From positions 164,238,001 through 164,302,000 of the forward strand of contig NC_043000.1 of NCBI RefSeq assembly GCF_006345805.1: a stretch of DNA of 64,000 bases, given 5' to 3'. The position numbers were made by a program, and so were the translations under genes. The notes under the pieces were generated by a model that saw nothing but the letters and a program-made list of their open reading frames with translations, was not told where the DNA came from and did no database searches. Each line of letters begins with the position of its first letter. Position 1 is the first letter of the stretch. Positions 38,812 through 51,420 of this stretch are shown piece by piece. The DNA is from Octopus sinensis (taxonomy: Eukaryota).

Positions 38812-39959
38812 TTACTGCCAGGCGAAGGGCATGGGTTCGAAATGTTAGCGTCTTTACAGTTCATAGCAATTAAACTTTTCGAACACTCCCAAGAATTTTT
38901 CTATAAACTAATTGTTATACCGTATTCAGATTTTATTGTATATTTGTATGTTTATTTTTCTACTGAATACATGGAGGAAAAAGAGTGCCTGAAATCTTTG
39001 TAGATCTTTTCCTACTGAGGAATAGAAACGATAGGTGTTAAATCTAATCATCTGTAGGTAGACACCTGCTTATAAATGGTGGATAGAGCTTATAAAAGGT
39101 GGGCAAAACTAAGAAGAGCTCTATGCTCACGTGTAAATTCCGTGCGCCCAATATATCTACATTTAACTCTGCACCACGATTTGGAATAACTCACTACTGT
39201 AAATAGCGTTAGCGCTGTTAAAGCTGCCAAGTATTTCGACGATTTGCAGCCCAAATGCTCCAGCTGATATAATCTGAAAGGTGTATGTTCAAATCCTACG
39301 GACAACTGGCCAGTTTGTAAACAAGGATAATACCAAGATAGGAAAAGGAACCTCTCATTCACCTAGACCGACTACGAGAATACTTTTAATTCGGTCCCAC
39401 ATGACGGGATTATCGAAATTCTGAAAGTTCATTAATTTGTCGACACCGTAGCGAAGATCATTAAAACAACACTGAAGAAATAGCAGGTGGCTCTAGAGAC
39501 CCAAAGCTGTAAGCTACGAACACTCACCATCTTGAAAGTCTCTTCAGTATTGTCAAGCGGTTTAGCAAGGACATTAAGAAGTTTACTGGAATAAAGAATT
39601 GCATGAAACTGACATATACAGCAAGAAGATTGACCAGTGACGCAGATTATTTGAAACTTCAATAAAGAGAGATAATACAGCAGGAGCTGGACAAATCCGC
39701 ATTCTACAAATATTGAGTGCGTGGAAAGTGTTGAAACGAGGGTAAAAAGGGAAAATTTGGAAGAAAAGTTCAAAAACTTTTAAAACCCCTCTTAATAACA
39801 AGAACGCTGTACCATCAACACATTTACTGTTCCAGTTAAATCATGATCACGTGGTACTGGATTGGAGCTTGACTGAACTAAATTCCGTCAATTATAATGC
39901 GATAAACTTTATCAAAACAAAACACTGTGATTTTGACAACCACCGATTGCATACTCCTG

Positions 39960-40218
39960 GACGAGGAGTGGAGCCTTGGGAATAGTAGCAAAAGATATTG
40001 AGAGAAACAAAGAAAAGGGGAACAGTATCCAGTAGTGCTGTTACAAAAAGGTTTTCCTCCTTGGCACGGCCAGAATTATCAGAAAAGTGTGAGATAGTTG
40101 AAGAGGACAAATGACATAGTACTGTAGGCTTTGGGTAACAAACCTACAACTCGTGCAAAGAATCAGAAGTTCCAATAAAACCCGAGTTAAAAGAATAAAT
40201 AATAATAATAATAATAAT
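39960..40218 (+). mobile_element. R4/Dong-like RLE retrotransposon 3' end
   Basis: GALGI...LLQK...LGTARIIRKV-stop (40063-40092), then a 3' UTR and (AAT)n tail. Confidence 0.7.
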
Positions 40219-40226
40219 TGACTTGC

Positions 40227-40331
40227 CTGTATGACAACGGGTTTCCAAGACATATCAGAAGCATTGTAGACGTGAGATGGAAACATCCACTTCCAAAAGA
40301 TTCGTGTTTCTACGTTACAAGCTGATTGTAA
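40227..40331 (-). CDS. DUF1647-family protein, exon 4 (GC donor)
   Basis: cctcag|TTA CAA TCA...ATA CAG|gcaagt. Translates LQSACNVETRIFWKWMFPSHVYNASDMSWKPVVIQ, containing CNVE and WKP motifs. Confidence 0.88.
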
Positions 40332-41265
40332 CTGAGGAAAAAATAAAACAAAATATAAAGAATAAAAGGATTTAAACACCTCTTTATTATTGATTTGCTT
40401 CGTTTCTTTGTGGGGGTCGTTTTTTTTTTGTTTGCTTTTTTACTTCTGTAGTGGATCAGTGATTAGGGCGTCGGGCTCGCAGTCATGAGGTAGTTCGATG
40501 CTCGGACCGGGCTGCGTGTTGTGTTCTTGAGCAAGACACTTTATTTCACGTTACTTCAGTAGAAAAGAGTTGCGACGTCACCGGTGCCAAACTGTATCGA
40601 CCTTTTCTTTTCCCTTGGGAAAAGTTCTGTTGCGGTGTTAATTTAAATTGGGCAATGGTGAATCGAATCCACTTCATGCATGCAAGATCCACTCCAGAAT
40701 AACAATAAAGATGAAGTGAAGGACAAGTATTTAGTGCCTGTGGTTGATTGGCAAAACAAAAATATGGCCATCCCCAAAGATAACAATATCTCTTTCAACA
40801 CACGATTTCACGTTGCAGATCTTGCAAAACAAACACCTAAACGTATTGAATGTGAGACAGTTTTTAAGCCAAAATGGCATCCCTCCTCCCTATTCACCGA
40901 TGAAAACGCGCCAGAACAGATGCGTTGCTTCAAATGGAGAATACTTTGAAGTATAAAAGTGAAGAAAATAATATTACGAAATTCCGGTTTCTTTTGGGTA
41001 CCCCCTTGTGTGTATGCATGTGTCTATGTATTTATGTGTGCGTGTGTTTGTGTCTTTGGGTATATGTATATACGCACTAGCGTAGCTGGAGTGTGCACCA
41101 CCCGGGACGGCCCTTCTGTTTGCCGCCCTCGGACCCCACAAAAAACACATATTGCCTACAGCAGATCCACAAGTGCCGCCCCTACAGCTACCCCCTCGCT
41201 GCGTTGGTGTATATAAGTGTATGTCTGTGTACGTTTGAGTGTACATGCATCTATCTTTGAGTATA

Positions 41266-41359
<94 letters not shown>

Positions 41360-41472
41360 TAAGTGAAATAGGGAAATCTAACATGAAAGAAGTTCTTGTG
41401 TCCGTGTAAATGCATCCGTGTGTGAGTCGCGCGTGCGATTAATTAAAATGGCTTCTTTTAAAGCCCACTCAC

Positions 41473-41918
41473 CTCGTTCACCTCCTTGTCATCAAGGTCA
41501 ATATGGAAGACCACTATTTTCTTGTCCGGCAGGAAATATTGTACTGAATCAATAAGCTTTTCTACGTCACGAAAATTTTTCATTGTTGCTGCCGTCACGA
41601 TTGTAGGGAACCGCTGTTCAGGTAAATGTTCTATGTGCTTCTCTACCTGTTCCTCTATCTCGTGCTCAATTTGGGTGGCCTTTATGGCAAAATGACGTCC
41701 GTGAACTGGCGACGCTTCTTTGCCTTTATGATATACAAATATTTGTAATGTTCGTCTGAGTGGTGGTCTTCATCTGGATGGTGAGGTACTTGTTCTCTAG
41801 GGCCGACTGTGTGCGTATTCTTCTCCAATTCTTTATGAAGTCGTGACAGTTCTTCTCGCAGCTCCTCCTCTTTCTTCTTTTCAGCTAACCTTCTTGCTTG
41901 TTCTTCCTCTAGTTTTTT
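41473..41918 (-). CDS. DUF1647-family protein, exon 3 (1-nt frameshift near 41735-41745)
   Basis: ttccag|AAA AAA CTA...AAC GAG|gtgagt. 446 nt, one short of 149 codons. The 3' frame gives FPTIVTAATMKNFRDVEKLIDSVQYFLPDKKIVVFHIDL. Confidence 0.85.
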
Positions 41919-42722
41919 CTGGAAAAAATATAAAAGTCATCCCCACTCACCGATGAATGAATTAATGTTGAGGAACGTTTTCTTACATTCTATAACTTGA
42001 TTTACATCCTTCGAAGAAGCGTCATACACGAAACAATGTCATTCATCACTTTCTGAGAATGAACTAATCCTGTCTTCCAAATTTGACTAATTATACTTTG
42101 GGGTTTTATTCCGACACATTATCACTAGTTTCTTCAGATTCTAGTGTAGCGAAATCTAGGATTTGAATCCCATTCTCTAAGTAAACAGGCCAGTGTCACG
42201 AATGAACCATGCAATTATCACGTATATGTTCTATATATCGATCAATGACCTTGCAGGAGATCACACCACAAAGTCAAAACAAAAGTGAATGACCTTGAGA
42301 TTCGAACGTTTTTCTCTAGTTTTAAACAGTTTGACATTACCTCCTGCTACAGGCTGGCCTGATAGGGCAGAGTTATAACAAGATTCAGCGGACTAACATC
42401 TCCAAGAAAACTAATGGCTGAGTAAACACAGTTAAAGACACGTTACTTCACTCTTGCCCACATTAAACCAGAGATGTGAATAGATTCGAATAAACTCACA
42501 TTTCGATTTCCATTCAAAACTAATCAGTTACTTTCTCTAGACGAAGCCATGGATCTTTACTTTTTGACCTACAGATTTAAAAAATAATTTTTTGTAACTA
42601 AACACTTTCAAACTTTGGACACTGGTAGAATGTGTCATATAAAACATCTTTTACTCTTTGCATTTTTGAGAAAAAACTTATATTTACGAAGTTATTTCAC
42701 GTTAAGTTCTTGTATTTCGTTA

Positions 42723-42852
<130 letters not shown>

Positions 42853-43178
42853 CTTTTTTTTTCTTCCGAGAAGGTAAAATTAAAAGTCAGCAGTTGACTT
42901 AAAGATCAGATTCTCTTCCACATTGAAATCTCTACATTTTTCCAAAATTTCACTTCGTTGTTTCCATTAGAATCTTCTTTTCGTTAATTTTTGAATTTCA
43001 AATTGAAACTGATGATGAGATGACTGGTTGTCTGATAGCCTACCTGTTCAATAAGCTGCGGCTCTCTCTACAAAATCTCTACCATCTTTAAACCCGAAAT
43101 TGTCGATCAACACGCAAACGCATAAACAATACATATTACAAATCACCATTCAATTCTGATTAAGTCATCAGAACTTAC

Positions 43179-43484
43179 TCTCTTTTCTTCTTCCTTGCGG
43201 AGCAGTTCTTCTTGAAGTTTCAACTCCAATTTGTGCCGTCGTTCTTCCTCTTCTCTGAGCTCATGTTCTAATTTCAGAGCTTTTTCCTTAGCCTCGATCG
43301 CTTCTTCAGCTTTATGTAAAAACTGGTCGTGTATGTCCTCCGACATTTGATCTCTAGAAGTGTCTGAATGCTTGTCTGGTTTTTTGTCCTGTTTTGCTTT
43401 CAGGATTTCTTTATCGCTTTCTTTCTCAAAGTTGTCTGATCTACTAATAATTATGTCATTTTCATCTGTATCAGATTTCAGTTC
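43179..43484 (-). CDS. DUF1647-family protein, exon 2 (charged / coiled-coil stem)
   Basis: tttctag|GAA CTG AAA...AAG AGA|gtaagt. 306 nt open, E/K-rich. Confidence 0.85.
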
Positions 43485-43643
43485 CTAGAAATAGAAGTAA
43501 AAAAACTGAGCATCAAACAAATGTGTATTTCCAATGATGAGATAACTTCATCAACAAAAGACTCGTTTAATAGATACAGGTAGCTATAAGAGGATACTGT
43601 GATGTGATCCAGATGTTACTAAGTTTAATGATATAACGTTAAA

Positions 43644-43880
43644 AGGCGGCGAGCTGGCAGAGTCGTTAGCACGCCGGGCGAAATGCTTAATGGTATTTCG
43701 TCTGCCGCTACGCTCTGAGTTCAAATTCCGCCGAGGTCGACTTTGCCTTTCATCCTTTCGAGGTCGATTAAATAAGTACCAGTTACGCACTGGGGTCGAT
43801 ATAATCGACTTAATCCGTTTGTCTGTCCTTGTTTGTCCTCTCTGTGTTTAGCCCCTTGTGGGTAGTAAAGAAATAGATAT
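43644..43880 (+). mobile_element. tRNA-derived SINE family A (representative intact copy)
   Basis: Starts GGCGGCGAGCTGGCAG..., has a B-box-like GAGTTCAAATTCC, and GGGGTCGAT motifs. Other copies include 3627-3820 (+), 22200-22437 (-), 24380-24555 (-), 54350-56470 (-, several) and 62230-62430 (-). Confidence 0.85.
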
Positions 43881-44772
43881 AACGTTAACATGCAGATGTG
43901 CTCTGGATGAGTTCTAACGATAATATGACGTTGACATCAAAAGATATCACTTCCTATGAAAAGACCATTTGCACAAGATACAACATTCAGGTCAATGAAG
44001 GAGAGTTTATGTGATCACTCGACTAACTAGAAATACCTAACCTACGACTGCCTCTCTCTCCCTCTCTCATTTTACCTCCTCTCTCTCTCTCTTATTCACA
44101 CACACGTACACATGTTGAGTAATTGTCTTTTATCGAGGCTTCGTATTATAATCGCCTCAAGCCTTTTGAGTGAAATTGCGTAGAGGAGAAACTGCAAAAT
44201 CCTGTCGGATATTCTTCATCTCTAATTCTGTAATTTTTTTTATGGAAGGACACGCTATTGTACAAGGATTGTACAATGAAGTTCTACAAATATTAAAAAA
44301 AATGACAGGCTGATCACAACTGGATCGCTTTTGATCATAGCCCTGGTCAATCAGAGCTGGGTTTGAGTTTAAAATATATTTCATACACAGAAGCATGTCT
44401 GCGATCTGTCTTTTTTGTTGCTTTTATCGCTTTGTTTAAGAACGAAAAGATCCTGGTGCATTTCTAGAACTGTTGTCAGGATTCTGTTGTTGTTGACGAT
44501 TCGATCAAGGCTGACCAGGTCCTTTTTTCTCTTCTCTGTTTTTTTTAATTTATTTAAGACTGTAGGGTGTGATTTGAAGGCGATTTGATTTTGGTTTCTA
44601 CAAAAAGACAGATAACAGGTATCGATTTTAGTGTATAGAATATTTTCAAAACTCAAACCCAGTATTAGTGAATATGTCCGACGGAATTATGCAGTTTCCA
44701 GCCACTCACTTTTAGTCACAAGGCTTGAGGTGACAATAGTACGAAGCCATGATATGTATACGTTAATAAGAG

Positions 44773-44808
<36 letters not shown>

Positions 44809-45400
44809 GAAGTAGAGAGTGAGAAGCAGTTGTAGATTAGGTATTATTTGACTCATAAATGAAGGTGAGCAATCAACTGTGTTCGAGAACTCAGAATGCA
44901 AATATTTCTGTCTATATTTTATGTGTGTGTGTATAGATGTATACATACATACACACATACATACATACATACATACATACATACATACATACATACATAC
45001 ATACATACATACATAAACACACACATACATATAAATACGTATGTGTATATATGTGTGTGTAAGTATATGTGTGTGATGGTATGTGCGTGTATGGGCGTGT
45101 GAATGTAAATTGTTTATGTATGTGTGCATGTGTGTCTGTTTATACACGTTTATATGAATGACGTATGCTCAATAGCACGTGCCTGTGCATATGCATGAGT
45201 CACTCTGTTCATATAAATATATACATGCCTATCTATTTAATATACATGCCTATCTATTTATATAGACAGACAGACAGAAAAAAAGAAAGATACTTTTTAC
45301 CAGTGTTGTGTAATTTATCTCTGACTTCTCTCCCAGAACTCGTTCTCTCTATCTCTCCCCTCTCTCTCTTTCTCATTCTCTCTCTATCTCTATCTCTATC

Positions 45401-45441
<41 letters not shown>

Positions 45442-46623
45442 GTTTAGTTCATTTCTTCCTTTCATGCAGCAGCGTTTTTACACCTACACCCTTGCACAAA
45501 CTTCTTGTACACTTTTCACATTTCTCTTGCTTTTACTGTCGCTTCACACTCAAGTCCGCTCCCACCTACTTACATCATACATACTTAACGATTACACACA
45601 TACACCAACACCTCACGCCCCCACTAATCTACGCCTCTATACTTCCACACATGCACACTTTTACGCATATGAAGTGTGCATACACTTTTAAACACGCTCA
45701 TAAAACACTCACACCATTCCTGCACAATGGTTGCCTCCTATACATGTGCATACACACCAGACCCTCTTCCATACTTGACTCCCCTATACAACTGCATTGA
45801 AACCTGTCCCGTAACATCTCACCCGATTTTTCTTTCACTGAATATTCCTCTCTCATTTATCCCATGATTTTCCGTTTCTTCTGATGAAGGTCTAACGTCC
45901 GAAAAGTTAAGACTCTTTCTTTTCTCATTAAAGCTAAAACAGCATTTCAGTATTTGCTAAACCTTATCCCTCCTGTGATGTCTTTCTTAGTTATTCTTTC
46001 TTTTATTGTTCATTACATTTACTATATACAGATATATTTTACTAGTTTCACTCATTAGACTACGGCAATGCTGGAGCACCGCCTTGAAGAATTTTAGTCA
46101 AACTAATCGACCCCGGTGTTTATTTTCTTTTTAAACCTGGCGCTTATGCTATCGGTGTGTTTTGCTAAACCGCTAAGTTACGAGGACGTAAACACACCAA
46201 CACCGGTTGTCAAGCGGTGGTGGGGGACAAACAGACATAAAGACACACACACATAGATATATATATATATGACAGGCTTCTTTCAACTTTCGTCCACCAA
46301 ATCCACTCACAAGGTTTTGGTCAGCCGGAGGTTATAGTAGAAGACTTGCTCAAGGTGCCACGCAGTGGGACCGTACCCAGAGCCAAGTGCAGAAGCAAAC
46401 TTCTTACCACAGATCCACGCCTCTACCTCTATACATGTGTGTGTGTGTGTGTGTGTATATGTCTATGTGCGTGTGTGTGTGTGACTATGCAACAATATGC
46501 AGTTGGTGTGATCGAAACATGTGTCGGACTATTATTATGAATAAACTAACTGGAAACAAACACCAAGTTTTGAATGTTCATATTCTTCATTCTCCTTATT
46601 ACTATATATATATATATTTATAT

Positions 46624-46735
<112 letters not shown>

Positions 46736-46794
46736 TACATATACATATACATATATATACATATATATATACTTTGATACTTTGATAGGTTTCG

Positions 46795-47065
46795 GCCATT
46801 ATTGTCCCAGGCCATGTCTAACTTAATAGCACCACCTGGTGAAGTCTTTCAAGTCAGAATTTGGGCACTATGGCCCACTCAAGTAGAGAGTTATTGTTTA
46901 CAGAGACATATCCGGGTGTAGGGGGTTTATCCGGGATTTCTTGAAGGAATCTGTCCAAAGACTTCTTGAACCCTATAGGGTCAGTTTCTGTTTTAATGTG
47001 TTTTGGTGTAATGTTAAAGAGAGCGGGGCCAATTGAGGTGAAATAATTGTGCCGTATTGTTGTTA
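46795..47065 (-). mobile_element. LINE 3' end (CR1/Jockey-group-like ORF2 C-terminus)
   Basis: Translates [13 protein letters not shown]...FKKSLDRFLQEIPDKPPTPGY...NNSLLEW. Confidence 0.75.
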
Positions 47066-47239
47066 TATATATATATACATATATATACATATACATATAT
47101 ATACATACATATATATATATATATAATATATATATATATATACATATATATACATATGTATATATTATATATATATATTATATATATATATATATATACA
47201 TATATAAACATATGTATATATATATATATATATATACAT

Positions 47240-47272
<33 letters not shown>

Positions 47273-47337
47273 CATATGCATATACATACATATATATATA
47301 TATATATACATATACATACATATATATATATATACAT

Positions 47338-47393
<56 letters not shown>

Positions 47394-47445
47394 GCATATA
47401 CATACACATATATATATATATATATATATAACATATACATACATA

Positions 47446-47529
<84 letters not shown>

Positions 47530-47540
47530 TATATATATAT
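47066..47540. repeat. Long degenerate (TA)n/(TACA)n microsatellite (representative)
   Basis: Directly visible. Other long simple repeats: (TA)n 3049-3318 and 7341-7482; (TAGA)n 9566-9783 and 42723-42853; (TTC)n 28712-28869; (GAA)n/(GTA)n 38138-38266; (GT)n 41270-41357. Confidence 0.97.
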
Positions 47541-47986
47541 ACAAATTAGTAAATCAATGGCACAACTAAGTACCGATATTTACTGGAAATAGCGAACGTA
47601 AAAATACGACGCTAATGTGTAGCTTCACCGTGTATGTGGTATATGTTTGGCTGAAGAAGGTAAAGCAAAATATGAGTGAGAGACATATCTTGCAAAACCT
47701 GAAACCTGCAGGTACCACATTATCCATTTTCCGGGTGTTTCATCTTTCAGATGTTCTCCCTGGAGGTAAGACGGTTTTTTGTTTTGTTTTTTTTTCTCTA
47801 TTTTGTTGCACACACGCATTTTTGCTAATACATACACGGTGAAGCTACACATTAGCGTCGTATTTTTACGTTCGCTATTTCCAGTAAATATCGGTACTTA
47901 GTTGTGCCATTTATTTACTAATTTGTGTATTTTTCCCTCACGGGCTACTTTTTACTGGAAGGCAATACTTTGTATTGCATTACTGA
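47541..47986 (+). mobile_element. Non-coding hammerhead-bearing element with 97-bp inverted arms (PLE/retrozyme-like)
   Basis: 47541-47637 is the reverse complement of 47830-47926 with 1 mismatch. There is a hammerhead between the arms, and (TA)n tracts on both sides. Confidence 0.85.
47648..47717 (+). ncRNA. Type I hammerhead ribozyme, intact core
   Basis: TGG-CTGAAGA-AGGT...ACCT-GAAA-CCTGCAGG-TA-CCA. Stems I, II and III all pair. The GUA triplet predicts cleavage at 47714/47715. Confidence 0.85.
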
Positions 47987-47989
47987 TAT

Positions 47990-48123
<134 letters not shown>

Positions 48124-48744
48124 TATGTAACTGCCCGAAATTGTAAGGACATCTGGTAACTTGACTGATGAAAGAAAGCTACGCATGACCCGTCCTTTTT
48201 CCTGTCCCCTCTAATTGTTGTTTTCCTGTCCGCCTTTATAACGTCGATCTGTCCGGATGTTTTATGGGCCTCTGTTGCATTTTTGTTCCATTTCTCATAT
48301 TTATATATACATATAGCGGCGTACGTACACTTTTATTCACCTTATTGTAAGTATTATCTAAATTCTGTACGATTCTTTTACTCTGTCTTTTAGTCCCCCC
48401 TCATACGTTCTTCCTCTTTTCTTTTTCTCTCTCTCCCTCTCTCACATTTCTTGGCCCTCTTTTTCTTTAACTCCCACTTTTCTCCTCAAGATTCCGAGTT
48501 CGATTCCAAGTAGTGACCTGAACAATGACAATAACAACAACAACAACAACAACAACAATAATAATAATTTTTGAGTGAGAGAGCAGTGCATGCCATCAAA
48601 GTGACACTGGGGTAAAATATACGAAGCCCAATATACCCATCAGGACTACCCGTCTGATAAGGGTACACCAGGCACATGCATCACAACCATATGTGCGCGA
48701 CATGGTGATCTCATATCAAGATAAACAGCACATGACCTTGCAGT

Positions 48745-48758
48745 ATTATTATTATTAA

Positions 48759-48829
<71 letters not shown>

Positions 48830-49667
48830 TATGTTTGACTTTTGCTTTATGTCTGTACAAGTTGGCTCCAAGTCTCACCCAGAGACCTCAAGAGACAACA
48901 GGTTGGAAGTTCACGTTGTTGTTAAGCCTAGTGTGCCATATATTTGGGGGGTTTTTGTGTTGTACTAGTGAATGTCTAAAAAAAACGATAATTATGTTTG
49001 TTTTAAACCTTGAGATTACATAGAAAGTATTTTGCGTAGGATATGAGCAGTTCCCATGAGCACTATCTTTCGAATTTCTGCCATTTTGGCGTTTCCTGGT
49101 ATCTGAGTTAGGTAGCAATCAGCCCCTTTAGCTATAATTCACAGGGCACCTATGACAACAGGTATTGTTTTAGTCTTCAGGTTCCACATTTTGCTGATTT
49201 CTATTTCAAGATCTTTATATTTGCTCAGTTTTTGGTAGGTCTTGACAGATACGTTTATATCGATTGGGACAGTCATATCAATGAGGAGGCATGTTCTTTG
49301 TCTGAAGTTTTTCAATATGATGTCTGGCCTATTTGCATCTATATTTTTGTCAGTTTGAATGGTGAAGTTCCAGAGGAGTGAGATGTGGTCATTTTCAAGC
49401 ACTGGATGTGGTTTGTGTTCCCACCAGTTTTTTTCATGGGGCAAATCCAGGTTTTTGCAAATTACCAAGTGAATATATTGTGCAGCTCTATCATGCCTGT
49501 TGAGATACTCTGTAGGCGCTAGAAGACTGCACTTGGAGACAACATGATCAATGGTTTCATTTTGTTGTTGACATACACGACATGTTGGGCTACCGCCGTT
49601 CTTTAATTTGTTGGCCTGGTAGTTTCTTGTTGGTAGGCATTGATCTTGAGCTGCTATAATAAACCCT
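48745..49667 (-). mobile_element. 5'-truncated R4/Dong-like non-LTR retrotransposon (CCHC plus restriction-like endonuclease)
   Basis: Translates GFIIAAQDQ...CRVCQQQNETIDHVVSKC (C-x2-C-x8-H-x4-C), then RPDII...LIDMTVP...KYKDL and GTAHILRK. (TAA)n on both flanks. Confidence 0.9.
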
Positions 49668-49690
49668 TATTATTATTATTATTACTATTA

Positions 49691-49757
<67 letters not shown>

Positions 49758-49986
49758 ACATCGAAAATACGTTAGGAATGAGAACCCAGGTTCGAAATTT
49801 CCCCCAACACACCTGAAGAAGGACGGAGAGTATATCAGCTGAAACGTTGTGTTAACAACAAGCAAGATGAGGACAAATATCCGTTGAATGTAAATAATGT
49901 ACATAATTCCTCATCTCTTAAATATAGAACTGTATTAAAAAACGTAATGTGTGAAATGAGATGTAATAAAAAGAAGATACGATTGT

Positions 49987-50345
49987 TTAAAGTTTCATCT
50001 TTCTTGCTTTTGATGAGGCGAATTGATTGATTATATGTTCAAAATCAGTTTCGTTTGTCTCTTCACTTTCAATGCTCAGAAGAGCAAGGTCATACATGCG
50101 ATCCTGCGACATTGATATCCGCAAATAAAATAGAATTAACCTCAACTTGCTGAACGATCGTTCGCAGCTTACAATTTAAACAGCCATTGTGAGCAGCATC
50201 TGAAGGCCAATGTGCAATTTCGGTAAAAACGTTGTTATGTCCAAATCGAACAACGAATTCCAGGCATTATTTTCTGGTCTCGTTATCGCAGATTTTGGTC
50301 GAGATAAGAATGAATTATTTTTAGAACCATTAAGAATTATTAACA
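49987..50345 (-). mobile_element. hAT transposase C-terminal (dimerisation) remnant
   Basis: Translates LQMLLTMAV*IVSCERSFSKLRLILFYLRISMSQDRMYDLALLSIE...QFASSKARKMKL-stop. Confidence 0.85.
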
Positions 50346-50552
50346 GTAAAATGAATAAACGACAGTTAAGGAAATTTAACATAGAATGTTTACCACCACA
50401 CTTAATTTATACCCTTAGTCGTGCAGTATGTGTAGTTGGCAAGGCGAAAATATGCGGGTTTCACTCAGTTGAGCCTCAAGCCCTTTTTGACGCCCTTCGT
50501 AATAAATGTCCAGAAATGAAAGTATACAGCCATCATAATGCGCTTACCTTCA

Positions 50553-50574
50553 ATCTATACATATAAAGCTGAAG

Positions 50575-50663
<89 letters not shown>

Positions 50664-51041
50664 TGTGTGTGGCAGGTTTGGTAGCCTTCAACTAACACTA
50701 TCTCCTCGAAGACCCTGCGGCACAAATTGACCAAAATTGAAAGTATGATAGAAGAAGGCTTGCTCTTCCTTCCGTAGAAGAAAAAATTTTCCAATCGAAC
50801 CATGTTAACACCAAAAATTATTTACATCAAAAAGGTGCTTTTTTTTTTTCTATGAAAATCCCTGTTTTTCACGATTTTTTTGACAGCTGTGTCGCCATTT
50901 TTCGGTGTATTTCAACCAGAAAAATGTTCACTTAAAGAGAATAACAAGCTACATAATGCAAAATTTTTACTTTTCAAAAATTCCAATTCTAAAGGGCCGA
51001 AAAGAAAACAAACCCGAGCAACGCCGGGCTACACTGTTAGT
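50553..51041 (-). mobile_element. Non-autonomous Helitron/Helentron-like element, copy 2
   Basis: Reverse-complement copy of 23867-24259 with an expanded (CA)n, inserted between T and T. Confidence 0.55.
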
Positions 51042-51129
51042 AACAGGATAAAACGATAAGCTGGGGATCCATCTTTACAATTGCAATTTTATAAATGGAG
51101 TTCAAGCTTATGATATTCTGGTCAATTCT

Positions 51130-51420
51130 GCAGCCCACTTCAATCGGCACCTGGGACACGTTCCCCTCTTCCTCCCCTAGTTACACTACTATCACACTTA
51201 ATAACCTCACCTGGCATACCATAGTTGTTGGGGAGGGGTTCTGAATTGATCTGTTTAAAGCTAATTTTGACTTCCTCGAGGCTACAATTATTATCCATTT
51301 CTTCAACAACATGGTCCCATGGTAAGCCTTCCATAACATTCTCATCGATTGAGGGTGGACAGCAAAATACATCCGCAAAATATTCTGTTCATCTTCAGAA
51401 TACTTTCATTATCATTGATT
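51130..51420 (-). mobile_element. LINE (RTE-like) ORF2 fragment
   Basis: Translates SLEEVKISFKQINSEPLPNNYGMPGEVIK, resembling the pre-RT 'EEV..A...KAPG.DGIP.E..K' segment. Confidence 0.55.

Noticed and set aside
43644-43735. tRNA genes
   Set aside because: The A/B-box heads run straight into SINE bodies present in many copies, and no cloverleaf could be built.
48160-48190. Hammerhead at CTGATGAAAGAAAGC
   Set aside because: No stem II and no stem III/NUH could be formed.
50210-50566. 118-aa plus-strand ORF
   Set aside because: It partly overlaps a hAT transposase remnant on the opposite strand and has no recognisable motifs.
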